Below are positions 13,416 through 27,112 of a stretch of DNA of 64,000 bases, in pieces. The notes beneath the pieces were generated by a model. The model made no database searches. It saw only the letters and a list, made by a program, of their open reading frames with translations, and had not been told where the DNA came from. The stretch comes from Eledone cirrhosa (taxonomy: Eukaryota): positions 30,442,001-30,506,000 of the forward strand of contig OZ024756.1 of assembly GCA_964016885.1 (NCBI GenBank). Reading direction: 5' to 3'. The translations under genes and the position numbers were made by a program. Every line of letters starts with the position of its first letter. The stretch's first letter is position 1.

Positions 13416-15882
13416 TAATAAATACAAAACTTAAATACAAATCATAAAATACACGACAACCCCAAAATACGTTGTTGATCGTGCAATGAAACCACGGAAT
13501 AGAAATAAGGCAACTGAAATATGAAAATAAACAATAAAATATCTTTTTTCCGATTAATCGATTAATCGATTTTGTTAGTTGAGACATGTAGGCAAAGGTA
13601 TCAGTATTTCATCTTTATCTTTGAATAATATGCAAACCAGCTCATACGAAAAGTGTTTAGATTAAAAAAAAAAAATTGCATCGTATCGATATTAATATTG
13701 CAGTCGTTCCTCTCGACTTGTTGTTGTTGTTGCTGTTGTTGTTTTGGTTGTTGTTTTTGTGGTTGTTGTGATTTGCTAATATTATTGTGGTTGTAAAGAT
13801 GGTAGCTTGACAAAATCGTTAGAGTATCCTACAAAATGTTCTATACCGTTTTACCAAGGCCCTTTACATTCTGAGTTCAAATTCAGTCGAAGATCAATTT
13901 TTCTTTCGTCTTTCCGGGAGTCAAAAACTAAAAGTATCAGTCAAGTACTGGGACAGATTTAATCAAATTTCGTCTTCACCAAATTAGTTGTCTTGTGCCT
14001 CAATGCTATTATTATAGCAGTATCGGTAGAGTGTCAGACACCATACTTTTTTGTATCATAGAGTTAAGACCCCTTATGGTCTGAGTTTAAATTTCACCGA
14101 GGTTAACTTCGCCTTTCATCCTTATGGGGTCGATAAAATAAAGTATCAGTCACGCACTGGGGTAGATTTAATCGACTTTCCTCTCCCCTCAACATTTCTG
14201 ACCTTGTGCCTATATAAGAAACCATTATTATAGCAGTATCAGTAGAGTGTTAGAATCCATGCTTTGTAGCATAGAGTTACGCCCCTTTGGGGTCTGAGTT
14301 TAAATTCCGCCGAGGTTAACTTTGCCTTTCATCCTTACGAGGTCGATAAAATAAAGTACCAGTGTTGCACTGGGATAATTGCTGCCCTTGTGCCAAAAGT
14401 AGAAACAATTATTATTATTATTGTTGCTGTATTCGCTGATGTTGTTATTGCTGTTGTTGTCATTGTTCAGTTAAAATCGGGCCTTGATCAAGCAAATATG
14501 TCATCAATAATATTCTAACCAAAACCTATCATATTGTTTTGTGTATCAGGTATCTATCTCTACGTTAGACTACGTTGAGGCATCATTGAGGCCCCAACTG
14601 CCTTATTCAATACTGTGTAGTGTGCATATTGATATTATTCGCAAATATACATACATGGAGATATGATATATAAAATCATAATCGCCTATATGCACAGAAA
14701 TGGAAGAAAAACTGTGTTACACTTTCTTCTGTAAGTAAAGTAATCCATGATCTATTTAAAAAAAACGATATTATATATAAAATGTATTACGGTGAAATGT
14801 AATGAAAACGAAAAAGGAGAAAATTAGCGACAGAAATATAAACGTTATGCTATTACGATGCAAATATATGAATGTTTATATATAACGATATATAAGCGAT
14901 GTGATATACCGTGATATATCAAAACCGGAAGTATTGACATATGAACATTTTAAAAGAAGTGAATCTTAAAATAAACAATCGTAATATATAAGAATATTTA
15001 TGTTTAATCAACAGCTACGAAATTTAGTAGATAAATTATGTAATATTCATTCATTATTTATTTCCATCTTATTTTATTAACGGGATAACAAAATACATTC
15101 AGTACAGTCCCGCACTCTTCTCATTTATAAAACTATTGAGTGGGATTTGAAGGAGAATTGGCTGATAATTTTCGCAGATTCATCACCATGTAAATAGTCC
15201 TTCCTTTGGCTCGTGATTTTAGTAGTTTCTATTTATTTATTTTGTGTTAGCTTACGTCGTTTTATCTACTGGCTGAATAATCAATGGGTGACAAATCATG
15301 ATCATCTTGTCTTTATTTTGCCCGGAGAGAGTTTGCCCTGAAATATATAATCCAATGTGTCCTTCATTGTTTAGACGATAGGTTGTAGTATGTAGACGAT
15401 TTGAAGCTCTATCTCTAGCATATTTAGCAATTATGTATAGAGTAACCATCCGTATACTGTGAATGTATGTACGTTCTCGTGTACTCTACATGTGTCTACA
15501 CAGTACTTAGTCGTGCAAATTCTGTATGATTCGCTATATGTATGTAAAGGCGGACTCTACGCAACGCGTGTGTTGTGTCTCAACGTGTGTACATCCGTGC
15601 GGTGCCTGTTTAATAAGCAATCATCGCATACTCTACGTAGTATATATGTGAGTAGTACTTGGTTGTGCAAATACTATATGTTGCATGCTTGCATAAGTCC
15701 AGAGGTATTCTACGTAATATGTGTATGGAGAACATACTAGAAGAACGTGTGTATATTGCACATAAATGTGTAAGTTCTAAGGTTTTTGTAAATTATAAAT
15801 ATATATATATATAGAGAGAGAGAGAAAGATATATTATGTATATATATATATTCTCTTACCACTCAGCCACACGCTCTCACTA

Positions 15883-15930
<48 letters not shown>

Positions 15931-15945
15931 GGGTGAGTGGTAAGA

Positions 15946-15993
<48 letters not shown>

Positions 15994-16007
15994 TGTTACC
16001 ACTCAGC

Positions 16008-16059
<52 letters not shown>

Positions 16060-16919
16060 AGAATTGGAATCATCAGGCTGTAAGTTCGATTCCTGTATTG
16101 GGTGATGCATTATGCCCTTGAGCAAGACACTTTATTTCACGTTGCTTCTTCTACCTGGAGTTGTGACCGATAGAAAGTATTATCAATCGGAAAGACCAAC
16201 GGAAACATTGTTTCCTCGGTCCGATTTGACGAAAGTCGATCGATTATTTAATAATATATGTATTGCATAGTAGTGTTTATGAATAAATGGTATTTTCACT
16301 GGCATTACCTCCAGAATCATCAACCACCACCACCACCACCACAACCACCACCGCTACCACTACCACCAACACTACCGCAACTGCTGTTGCTGCTGTTGCT
16401 AGTCTGTTTGCTCTATAGATTCTTAAGCCAATAACAAATTCCCTTTTCTTCGCTGCAGAGAGGACATTTCGCCTATTAGACGGAAGTTGCGTCAAATTTA
16501 ATGTTTTCTCAATATTTATTAGCTGACAATGATCGTAACGATAATGAAAAAGGTATAACAGCTTTGAAAGTTGGTGTTAAAAGCTAGAAAAAGGACATTT
16601 ATAATAATGGCGACAGGTTTAACCGTTTTCAAAGATTACGTCGCTATTGCCAGGAAAGCTTTTGTGCAAACCTGTGATATTATAAATATAATTGTAAAAT
16701 AATTGAAACTGTTGTGTGAAACATTAGAATGAAACAAAGACTATAACACAACAACAACAACAACAACACCAACCACACCAACCACACCAACCACAACAGT
16801 AACAATGTAGGTAGCAAGTTCACGTTCTTTTACAATTCCCGACAATTTGCTGCATACATACATATCTACATATCTACATACATACATACATGTGTATATA
16901 TTTATAAATATATAATATA

Positions 16920-16995
<76 letters not shown>

Positions 16996-17585
16996 ACATA
17001 TCTACATACATGTGTATATATATATAAATATATAATATAATTTATATATATATATATATATATATATAAATTATATTATATATTTATAAATATATACACA
17101 TGTATGTATGTAGATATGTAGATATGTATGTATGCAGCAAATTGTCGGGAATGTAAAAGAACGTGAACTTGCTACCTACATTGTTACTGTTGTGGTTGCT
17201 GTGGTTGTTGTGGTTATATATATATGTGGTTATATATATACGTATATATATGTATATATATATACGTATATATATATATGTATACATATATATATACGTA
17301 TATATATAATTACTATTATTATTATTACATTCCTTTACGGTCTGAGTTCAAATCCCGCCGAGGTTTACTTTGCCTTTCATCCTTACGGGGTCGATAAAAT
17401 AAAGTACCAGTAATGCACTGGGTAATTGCTGGCATTGTGCCTAAAGTAGAAACAATTATTATTATTACATTCAATGTAAAGCATGTCATGATATATGTAT
17501 ATATAAATATATATATATAATATACAGAGAGAGGGAGAGAAAGAGAGATAGCGAGGGAGAGAGAGAGAGAGAGAGAGAGAGAAAT

Positions 17586-17632
<47 letters not shown>

Positions 17633-17658
17633 AGAGAGAGAGAAAGAGAGAGAGAGAG

Positions 17659-17768
<110 letters not shown>

Positions 17769-20700
17769 AAACAATTATATTTTTCCACACTATACTTCAG
17801 TTTTCGAAGCTAAACGTTCACAGCACTAAGATATGTGAAGAACTAGACAAATCTCTTATGAATATAAAATTAGAAGCATATTTTCTCTTAGTTATTCTGC
17901 TGAATTATTTCATACATATATTGATTTTATTCAGACTAGACAAAGGTATAACTTTAAACAACTTATTTCTTTGCAAGATATTAAAGATGAATATAATTGA
18001 ATTCGATTTTTTTTTTTTTTTTAATATATTTTTTTTATTATATTTTAAAGACATTTCCATAATTTCTCATAATTTCTGTTTCTCTCCTCTCTTATATAAA
18101 TAGAAAAATGTCTGATTAGTGAATAGTTCAGCTTTAAGGGTAAAAGAGTAAAATATTTGATAATTCATGACAAATAATGAATTTTCAGTTTCGTCTAAAC
18201 CAAGAGGCGATAATATTGATTTCTCTAACACACACACGTGAAGGGTGGGAGGTTACTTGACAGGATCGGTAGAGTGTCAGACGAAATGGCACCACTCATT
18301 GGATGGGGATGGGAGTGTAGAGTCTGTAGAACGTTGAAGAGAATGGTGGTGCTACTTGTGGTGGTGGATTGAAAGAGTTAGTCTAAATTTGAACTAAAAT
18401 GTAAAGCTGTACTTGCAGAATTAAAACATCGGATACAACAGTGACGATGGAGTAGTGGGGTATGTTTGGGGTCAGGAATATGGTGAAGGTGCTGGTGGCA
18501 TTAGATTAGGGAAATAGGCAGAAAAAAAGCAGGGAAAATGTTTGTAGGAGGCAGACAAACTGTATTGTACTAATCACATTCTGGGGCGGTGGATTGGCAG
18601 TATTGTTAGGGGGTTGGAAGTCATGATTTGCAGCATAGAGTTACGGCTCTTTATGCTCTAAGTTCAAATCCCGTCGAGGTTAGCTTTGCCTTTCATACTT
18701 ACGGGGTCGATAAAATAAAGTACCAGTAATACACTGTGATAATTGCTGGCCTTGTGCCAAACGTAGAAACAATTATCAGGGCGGTGGATTGGCAGAGGGT
18801 CGGACGCCATGCTTTGCAGCATAGAGTTACGGCCCTTTATGCGCTAAGTTAAAATCCCACTGAGGTTAGTTTTGCCTTTCATCCTTACGGGGTCGATAAA
18901 ATAAAGTACCTATTAAGTATATATTCGTGTACAGATATTTTTGCATACACAATAACAAAATATAAACAAACGTATTTATTTCACGAGGCTCGATAAGGAT
19001 AAATATATATCAATATATATCAAATACATAAGAACCCTAGAGCAAATATTGTTCTCATTGCTGACGAGGCAGAAGGGGATATACGCGATTGGTTGGAGAA
19101 GGACGAGACTGTGCTATCACACCAACAGCAGCAAAAACAACAACAACAAAAAAGAGAGGGAACGCATTTACATGCTTTGAAAAGTCTTAATGGAAAATTA
19201 TTTGCGTATTCACCCAAGGCGACTTCATTGCTAGTTTTATTATTAAAAGGAACAATGAAATGCAAAGTAGTACATTTTCGACTATGTGATGTGGCGGTGG
19301 ATCGGCAATGTCGGTAGAACAGCGACATACTTTCCGGCATATAGTGGATGTAGTTACATCCCTTTACATTCTAAGTTAAAATCCCGCCAAGTATAGCCTT
19401 GCCTTTCATCTTTACGGGGTCGATAAAATAAAATTCTAGTCACACACTGGGATCGATTTAATCGACTTTCTCCTTTCCAAATAATTGTTAGACTTATTTC
19501 AATCAAAATTAATTATTATGACGGTGGATTAGTAGAATCTGAGAATCTGGAATCTGGAGGAAGTAGACAGAATTACGTTTGTGTATTTGCTTTAAAATAT
19601 ATTTAATGTGAAATCATTTGTTGAAACAAAAATATTTTTATTTGGCTAGGGTCGTGCTGCCAATCAAAACACACATCTGTTGATCTCCACTTCTTTTATT
19701 ATTAATCAAGCAAAGGGCGGTAGATTAGCAAAATTGGTAGAGCGACGGACGCCATGCTTTGCAGCATAGACTTAAGGCGTTTTACATTCTGAGTTCAAAT
19801 TCTGGCGAGGTTAATTTTGCCTTTCATCCTTACGGGGTTGACAAAATAAAATACCAGTCACGCACTGGGGTCGATTTAATCGACTTTCTCCTTCCCAAAT
19901 ATTTGTTGGGCTTGCTTCATTCAAAATCAATTATTACAATGGTGGTTTAGTTGAATCGTTAGAGTATCGGGCAAAATACTTTGAGATGTTTGCATTACGT
20001 TCTTAGTTTAAATCTCGCCGAGGTCAAATTTACCTTTCATCATGGCGGGGGCCAAGTACCAGTAACGCACTGGTTTTGATTGAATTGCTTTTCTTTTTTT
20101 TTTCACTTCCCTTCAAATTGTTGGCCTTATGCCAAAAGTGGAAACAATTATGACAGAGTAAAATATGAACATTTACAAATAAATTCATTATCACGACTTG
20201 ATGTAAATTCTTTAATGTTTGAACTAAAACTATGATATGCCAAACCCTTTTCTGACTTGTTGAAATAATGTTGTGCTTTTGTATACATACGTCGTACGTA
20301 TTGTTTCACAATAAATATTTCATATTTGCTGATAAATCTAATCCTATCTTTCCTTCATCCTTTCTTTCTATCTTTCTTTTTCTTTCATTCTTTCGTTCGT
20401 TCGTACTTTCTATCGTTCTACATTGCTTCCTTTCTTTCTTTTTTGATTCTTTCTTTTTTGTCTTTCTTTTTTTCTTTTTTTCTTTCTTTCTCTTTTTCTA
20501 TTTTACTCTCTTCATTATTCCTATATGGCGAGAAAAAAAAATGATTCCTCGTTTGTTAAAATGTCAATTATCTTCACCATTTTTCGCATTTTTAGTATAA
20601 ATAAATAAAAATATTGTCTTTTTCTTAACCAGGTGTATTATATCGAGTAGTTTACGTTGGATAAACGTTTTGGTTTATTTTCAGTATTCTGCGGTTGTTG

Positions 20701-21164
20701 TTATTGTTCATGTTAATATTAATAACTCTTGTATTTTTCTTTATATAAACTATACTCTAAGCTATAATGAATTCAATGTTACACGCATATTTCCCAGTGT
20801 ATTCAGTAAAGTAGTTAGGAATTATATATGTCTCCCATCTTCAGATTGTTGCTTTTTTAACGACAGCTGATGTATGTCACCGCCTCTGTCTCTTTCTCAT
20901 TCTGTGTGAGGTGAGTCTGTGTGTGTGTCTTGTGAGTCTGACTGTGTGTGTGTATGTGGCTGCGTGTGGTGTATCTTTGTGTGCGCGTGTGATTTGCTTA
21001 TTCATATCCGTTTTCTCCATGACGCTAGCGTTGTACGTGTGTGTGTGGGGTGGGGGATATGCGTGTATGCGTGCACGTTTGTGTGTTTGTGTGTGTGTGT
21101 GTTGTGTGTGTGTGTGTGTGTTTGTGTGTTGTGTGTGTGTGTGTGTGTGTGTTTTATGAAAAGT

Positions 21165-21595
21165 AAACAAAAAACATTATGAAATTACATTGATTTGATA
21201 TATTCACAGTTATAAGTATGTGAGCAAAACGAAATGGCATTATCCTCTTTTTTCACAGTATCTGTTTTCCCGTATACATGGGAAATAGAGGTTGGAAATG
21301 GTGCTTTACTTTGAAACGGGACACTATTTTCTTCGGAACTACGTTTCTCACCAAACGTAGGGATCTTAGGTGCTTCTTTCGAATTTTTATAGAACACAAG
21401 TAGTCTCTTTAACGCTGACATTTTCAAAATGGAGAATATATGTCAGAGCTCATATTATTATTAGCCTTGTTTTAAGGGTAATTTTGTTCTATGACGTCAT
21501 AGGAGGAATGGATTGTGTATTGGAAGAGTTTAATCTCTTCTCGAACAATTCACAATTTAAGCGATACACATTGTTTTCGAATAACATTAAAATAT
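21165..21595. repeat. Unclassified dispersed repeat; inverted homolog at ~59965-60530 interrupted by a SINE
   Basis: Shared blocks tatgacgtcatagg, tttaacgctgacattttcaaaatggag, tcgaatttttatagaa and cattatgaaatta. Confidence 0.65.
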
Positions 21596-21672
21596 ATATA
21601 TATTGATGTCTCTCTTTAACGAGAGAAACAAAGAAATATACATACATAATATATAATATATATATATATATG

Positions 21673-21738
<66 letters not shown>

Positions 21739-21769
21739 TATATATAAAAATATATATATATTATGTATA

Positions 21770-21812
<43 letters not shown>

Positions 21813-21825
21813 TAAAATAACATAA

Positions 21826-22018
<193 letters not shown>

Positions 22019-22218
22019 CACAGTTAAAGAGTAACCAATCTTAAAGAGAGGGATGGAGATAGGAGAGGAAATATGAGACGAGAGATTGGTGAATTAGTTA
22101 GATTGGTGAATTAGTTATTATTCTCTACATTCCTTACATCAAACTAAAAATGTTGACAATCTTTTAATAATATCTTCCTTGTGAAATTTGTGGTCTTGCT
22201 TTGCTTAACTAATGAATA

Positions 22219-22272
<54 letters not shown>

Positions 22273-22275
<3 letters not shown>

Positions 22276-22665
22276 GATATTAAACAATGGAAACTATATT
22301 TATAAAGCCATATTTATTTCGTTATATATATTTCTGGGATATCATATTAAAAATATGGTATTCCTTCCTCAGACAAAATACAATATATAAGCTGTTTTAT
22401 AAATAATTTTGACATACCTTAGAATAATGCAACTTCCATTTAAAAAGTTGATTTTAAAACACCTTATATATTGTATTTTGTCTGAGGAAGGCATACCATA
22501 TTTTTAATATGATATCCCAGAAATATATATAACGAAATAAATATGGTTTTATAAATATAGTTTCCATTTGTTTAATATCGTAAACCTACTCCAAAAACTG
22601 TTGAGTGCTTTTATATCAGTTATAAAATATTTACTCGTTGTAACCCAACAATTTTAAATAAAACT
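22273..22665. mobile_element. Short (TA)n-bounded PLE-derived insert with ~120-bp inverted arms, each containing an HHR
   Basis: Arms 22273-22392 and 22463-22582. The right arm continues as a tail containing CTGTTGAGTGCT. A related copy lies at ~50070-50318. Confidence 0.75.
22474..22539 (+). ncRNA. Hammerhead ribozyme (mirror copy on minus strand at 22315-22380)
   Basis: UAUUUUGU-CUGAGGA-stem II (...CAUAUU/AAUAUG...)-GAAA-UAUAUA-UA-ACGAAAUA; 8-bp stem I, palindromic stem III, AUA triplet. Confidence 0.78.
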
Positions 22666-22685
22666 TTTGCATATATATATATATG

Positions 22686-22769
<84 letters not shown>

Positions 22770-22793
22770 ATATATATGTATATATGTATATAT

Positions 22794-22883
<90 letters not shown>

Positions 22884-22961
22884 ATATATGTATGTATATA
22901 TATGTATATATATATATATCTATATCTAGTATATAGTCACATTCATTCATATATATATATA

Positions 22962-23000
<39 letters not shown>

Positions 23001-23089
23001 TATAGTATATAGTAACATGCATTAGTAGGCCTAGTCAGGTATAATGCATTCTATCTAGTCAGGTATAATTATTTTTTCTTTCGCCATTG

Positions 23090-23196
<107 letters not shown>

Positions 23197-23255
23197 TATA
23201 TAAAATATTAAACAAATAATGAACAAACAATTCCTTATATTAAACAAAAAAAGTT

Positions 23256-23406
23256 CACTATTTAACGATCGTTTCTAGGGTATATATGTGTTATAATTGG
23301 TATGCATATTCAACAGATCTATGTACAAAATTATACAAAATTATACAAATTATCAAGATTAAATATACATACCTAACCCATATATACGCCGTCTTCAGAA
23401 ATAATG
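23256..23406 (-). ncRNA. Type I hammerhead ribozyme in PLE pLTR (unit 1)
   Basis: Minus strand: stem I CAUUAUUU/AAAUAGUG, core CUGAAGA, long stem II (GUAUAUAUG/CAUAUAUAC), GAAA, palindromic stem III ACGAUCGU, GUU triplet. Predicted cut between 23264 and 23263. Confidence 0.8.
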
Positions 23407-24228
23407 AAGTATATTTATTGATAATAACAACAATTCAAAATATCAGTTCAAAATTGACCAATGAAAACACAAAGGGTTAAAAGCAGTTTGGTGTGTGTAT
23501 ATACATGTAAAAACCTTACACATATTTTACAATAATGTGTGTATAATTTGTATGTGCATACTAAAAAGATGGATGCAAACACAAAATTTCAAGGTTAATA
23601 TCTCTGTAAGCTTAATGCGCTGATAAGATGCGCAATGATACTTATGGAGTCAAGCATATAAATATATTTTTTTCATACTCACACATATCAGTATAATCAC
23701 ACATACATGCGCGTATATGCATAAATATACACATAACCACGAACATACAAACACACACACTCCCCCACTCACATTTATATATGTGGATATAAAATCATAA
23801 GCAAATAGAAATTAAGTCACTCACATAAAACACTGGCACACACATTTCAAGATCAAGATACAGAAATTAGGTGGGAGGGGGGGGAGGGGTCAGTATTAGA
23901 TTGTCAGACCAGACTGCCTAATATAAATGTATCTATAAATTAAGAAAAATAAAAAAATAAAAACAATAAAATATAATAAATATAATATAATGTACATACA
24001 CATACAGATATACATACACATACATACATGTACGCGCACATAGAGATATTTACGCATACACACATACACACATACCTATACAGTCATACACACACATACA
24101 TTTACACGAACATACACATACACATATAAAAAGATATATATACACACACACACACGCGCAACACATACACACATACACATATATATAAAAAATAGATAAT
24201 AAAGATATATATCCATATATATATATAT

Positions 24229-24287
<59 letters not shown>

Positions 24288-24376
24288 TATACACATACAT
24301 ACCCATACATCTAAATATACATACACATACATACACACATACATGTATATACATGTACATACATATACGCACATCG

Positions 24377-24430
<54 letters not shown>

Positions 24431-24769
24431 TCACATAGACATAAAGATACATACACACACAACTTACATACACACGCATATACATATATATATATATATA
24501 TAGAGATGTACCTTCATACATAGAATTAGATATATAATCATACATACATATGCACCTACTTATACTCATATAAATAAATACATACGCTTCCATATATGTG
24601 TATACACATAAAAAATACCACCTCACCAAACCCAGACATACAAATGAAAATAATAATAAAAAAACGCATATGTATATACATACACACACGCATTAATAGA
24701 GATATATATATATACACACATACATACACACACATATATATACATACACATACACATACATACACATAC

Positions 24770-24817
<48 letters not shown>

Positions 24818-25301
24818 CCACACACACATAGACTCATATATATATATACATATACATATATATATATAAACATATATATCCACACGCTCATACCACCATA
24901 AATACACATACAAACACCCACATGTATATATATATATATATACATCCACATACACACACGTACACATATATATATATACATATATACACATACATATATA
25001 TATATACACACACATAAAAAACAGACATGCACATATATATATATATATATATATTTCATTACTCTTATATATACACACAGTATATATACATACACAACCT
25101 CACTTATACACATATACACATAAGTTATATTACAATAATAATAAAGAATAATATATATATATATATACATATATATACATATACATATATACACATATAT
25201 ACATATATACATACATACATACACATACATACATACACATAAATATATACATACATAAATACACACATACGAATAAAGACATATATTCACACATAGACAC
25301 C

Positions 25302-25332
<31 letters not shown>

Positions 25333-27112
25333 CTATATATATATATATACATATATATATAAATATATATATATATATACACACACATACACACACACAC
25401 ACACACACAGACACACATACACACTCACATATATATATATATATATATGTGCATGTGAGTGTGCGCACATATACATACATACACACACACATACAAACAC
25501 ACACAAACACATACATATGCATACGTGCACACACACACACATATATCACATAGATACGAAGATAAACATATAAATAGAGAGACATACAAATATATACACA
25601 ACACATATACACATACATACAAACACGCATATACATATACATACATATATACACATATATATATTCCTATATACAAGCATACACATACATACACATATAT
25701 ACATATACATACACATATACATACCACACATTCACATACACATACATATATAATACATATATATACATATATATACATACATATGTATGTACAATCATAT
25801 ATACACACTCAATCTTACATTCATATTTACATGCTCATATATGTATTTTTATATTTAGAAATAAATACCAAAACCTATATAGACACCCACCTACATATAT
25901 ATTCATACATATACGCTTACAAATACAGATGATAATAGTATGGGGGAAAGGGGGGGGTTTGGAGAAGGGGATCAAAGTAAATATATGTTTCAAGAAACAT
26001 ATAATATTTTCCGTATCTTAATTCAATGTATGTTCTTACATATTTTCAGTGCTAGGAAATACGAAATCTATGCATCTCAAAACAAAAAAGCATACCATTA
26101 ATCATATGTTAACTAAACCAAAGATAGTCAACATATTGATTTCTAAGGTGTAAATTAGTTAGGTTTATAATATTTGAAGCAGAATTATGAAGTCAAACAG
26201 TAGTAGATTATTAATTACATTATAACTAAATTAAAGTTAATAACGTTATGGTATCAATATTAGGAGATGAATTTAGTAATAGGGAAAAGAAACCCAAATA
26301 AAAATAAAATAAAGTATTACATCGGTAGTAGCATATAAATTATATGTTAACTAAATTAAAAATTATATATTTATTTCAATAGTATACGTTAATTAGTATA
26401 TGTTAATTAGGTATACAATACATAAAGCAGATATTGTATTTCATCAATAGCATAATATAATTATATGCAAATAAAAATCAAAATTAATACGCATACATAT
26501 ACATATACATACACATACACATATATATACATATACACACATATATATATATATATACATATATATACACATACATACATATATACTCACATAAACATAC
26601 ATACAGATACACATACACAACACACACATATACATATACATATACATATACATATCTTTTTCAAAAAATTGCACAGAATATATTAACTAGGTATATATCC
26701 AAAACACATCCCATTCTATGATTACATGACATTCTGCAATTCGTCTGTACAAGGATACTAATTTTAAGCAAATTAAAATTAAAATTTTAGGTTGATTAAA
26801 ACTAAAACCAAATAATAAATATATTTCCAAAATGTATATTAATTAGGTCTATAATACTAAAAATTCTTTCTCCGTCATTGGATACATGATATTATTTTGT
26901 TATATTTTATCTGTAAAAGAATTATAATAAAAAGGTTTAAATAAATTAAAATTAATCTATAAATTAAATTACTGAGTATATATTAGTAATATTTAAAGGT
27001 TTTTCAAAATTTATGATTACAAAATATTTTCTCATCTGTAATAAAATATTAATTAAATTAAATTTATAGGTTAACTAACATTTAAATTAAATTAAATTCT
27101 AGAATAATGTTA

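Noticed and set aside
19061-19067. Isolated CTGANGA cores (19061, ~49806-49812 minus, ~57625)
   Set aside because: No properly placed GAAA, stem III or stem I partner could be built.
23870-25970. G-rich runs in the PLE UTR (potential G-quadruplexes at ~23870 and ~25941)
   Set aside because: They lie on the antisense strand of the element with no supporting evidence of function.
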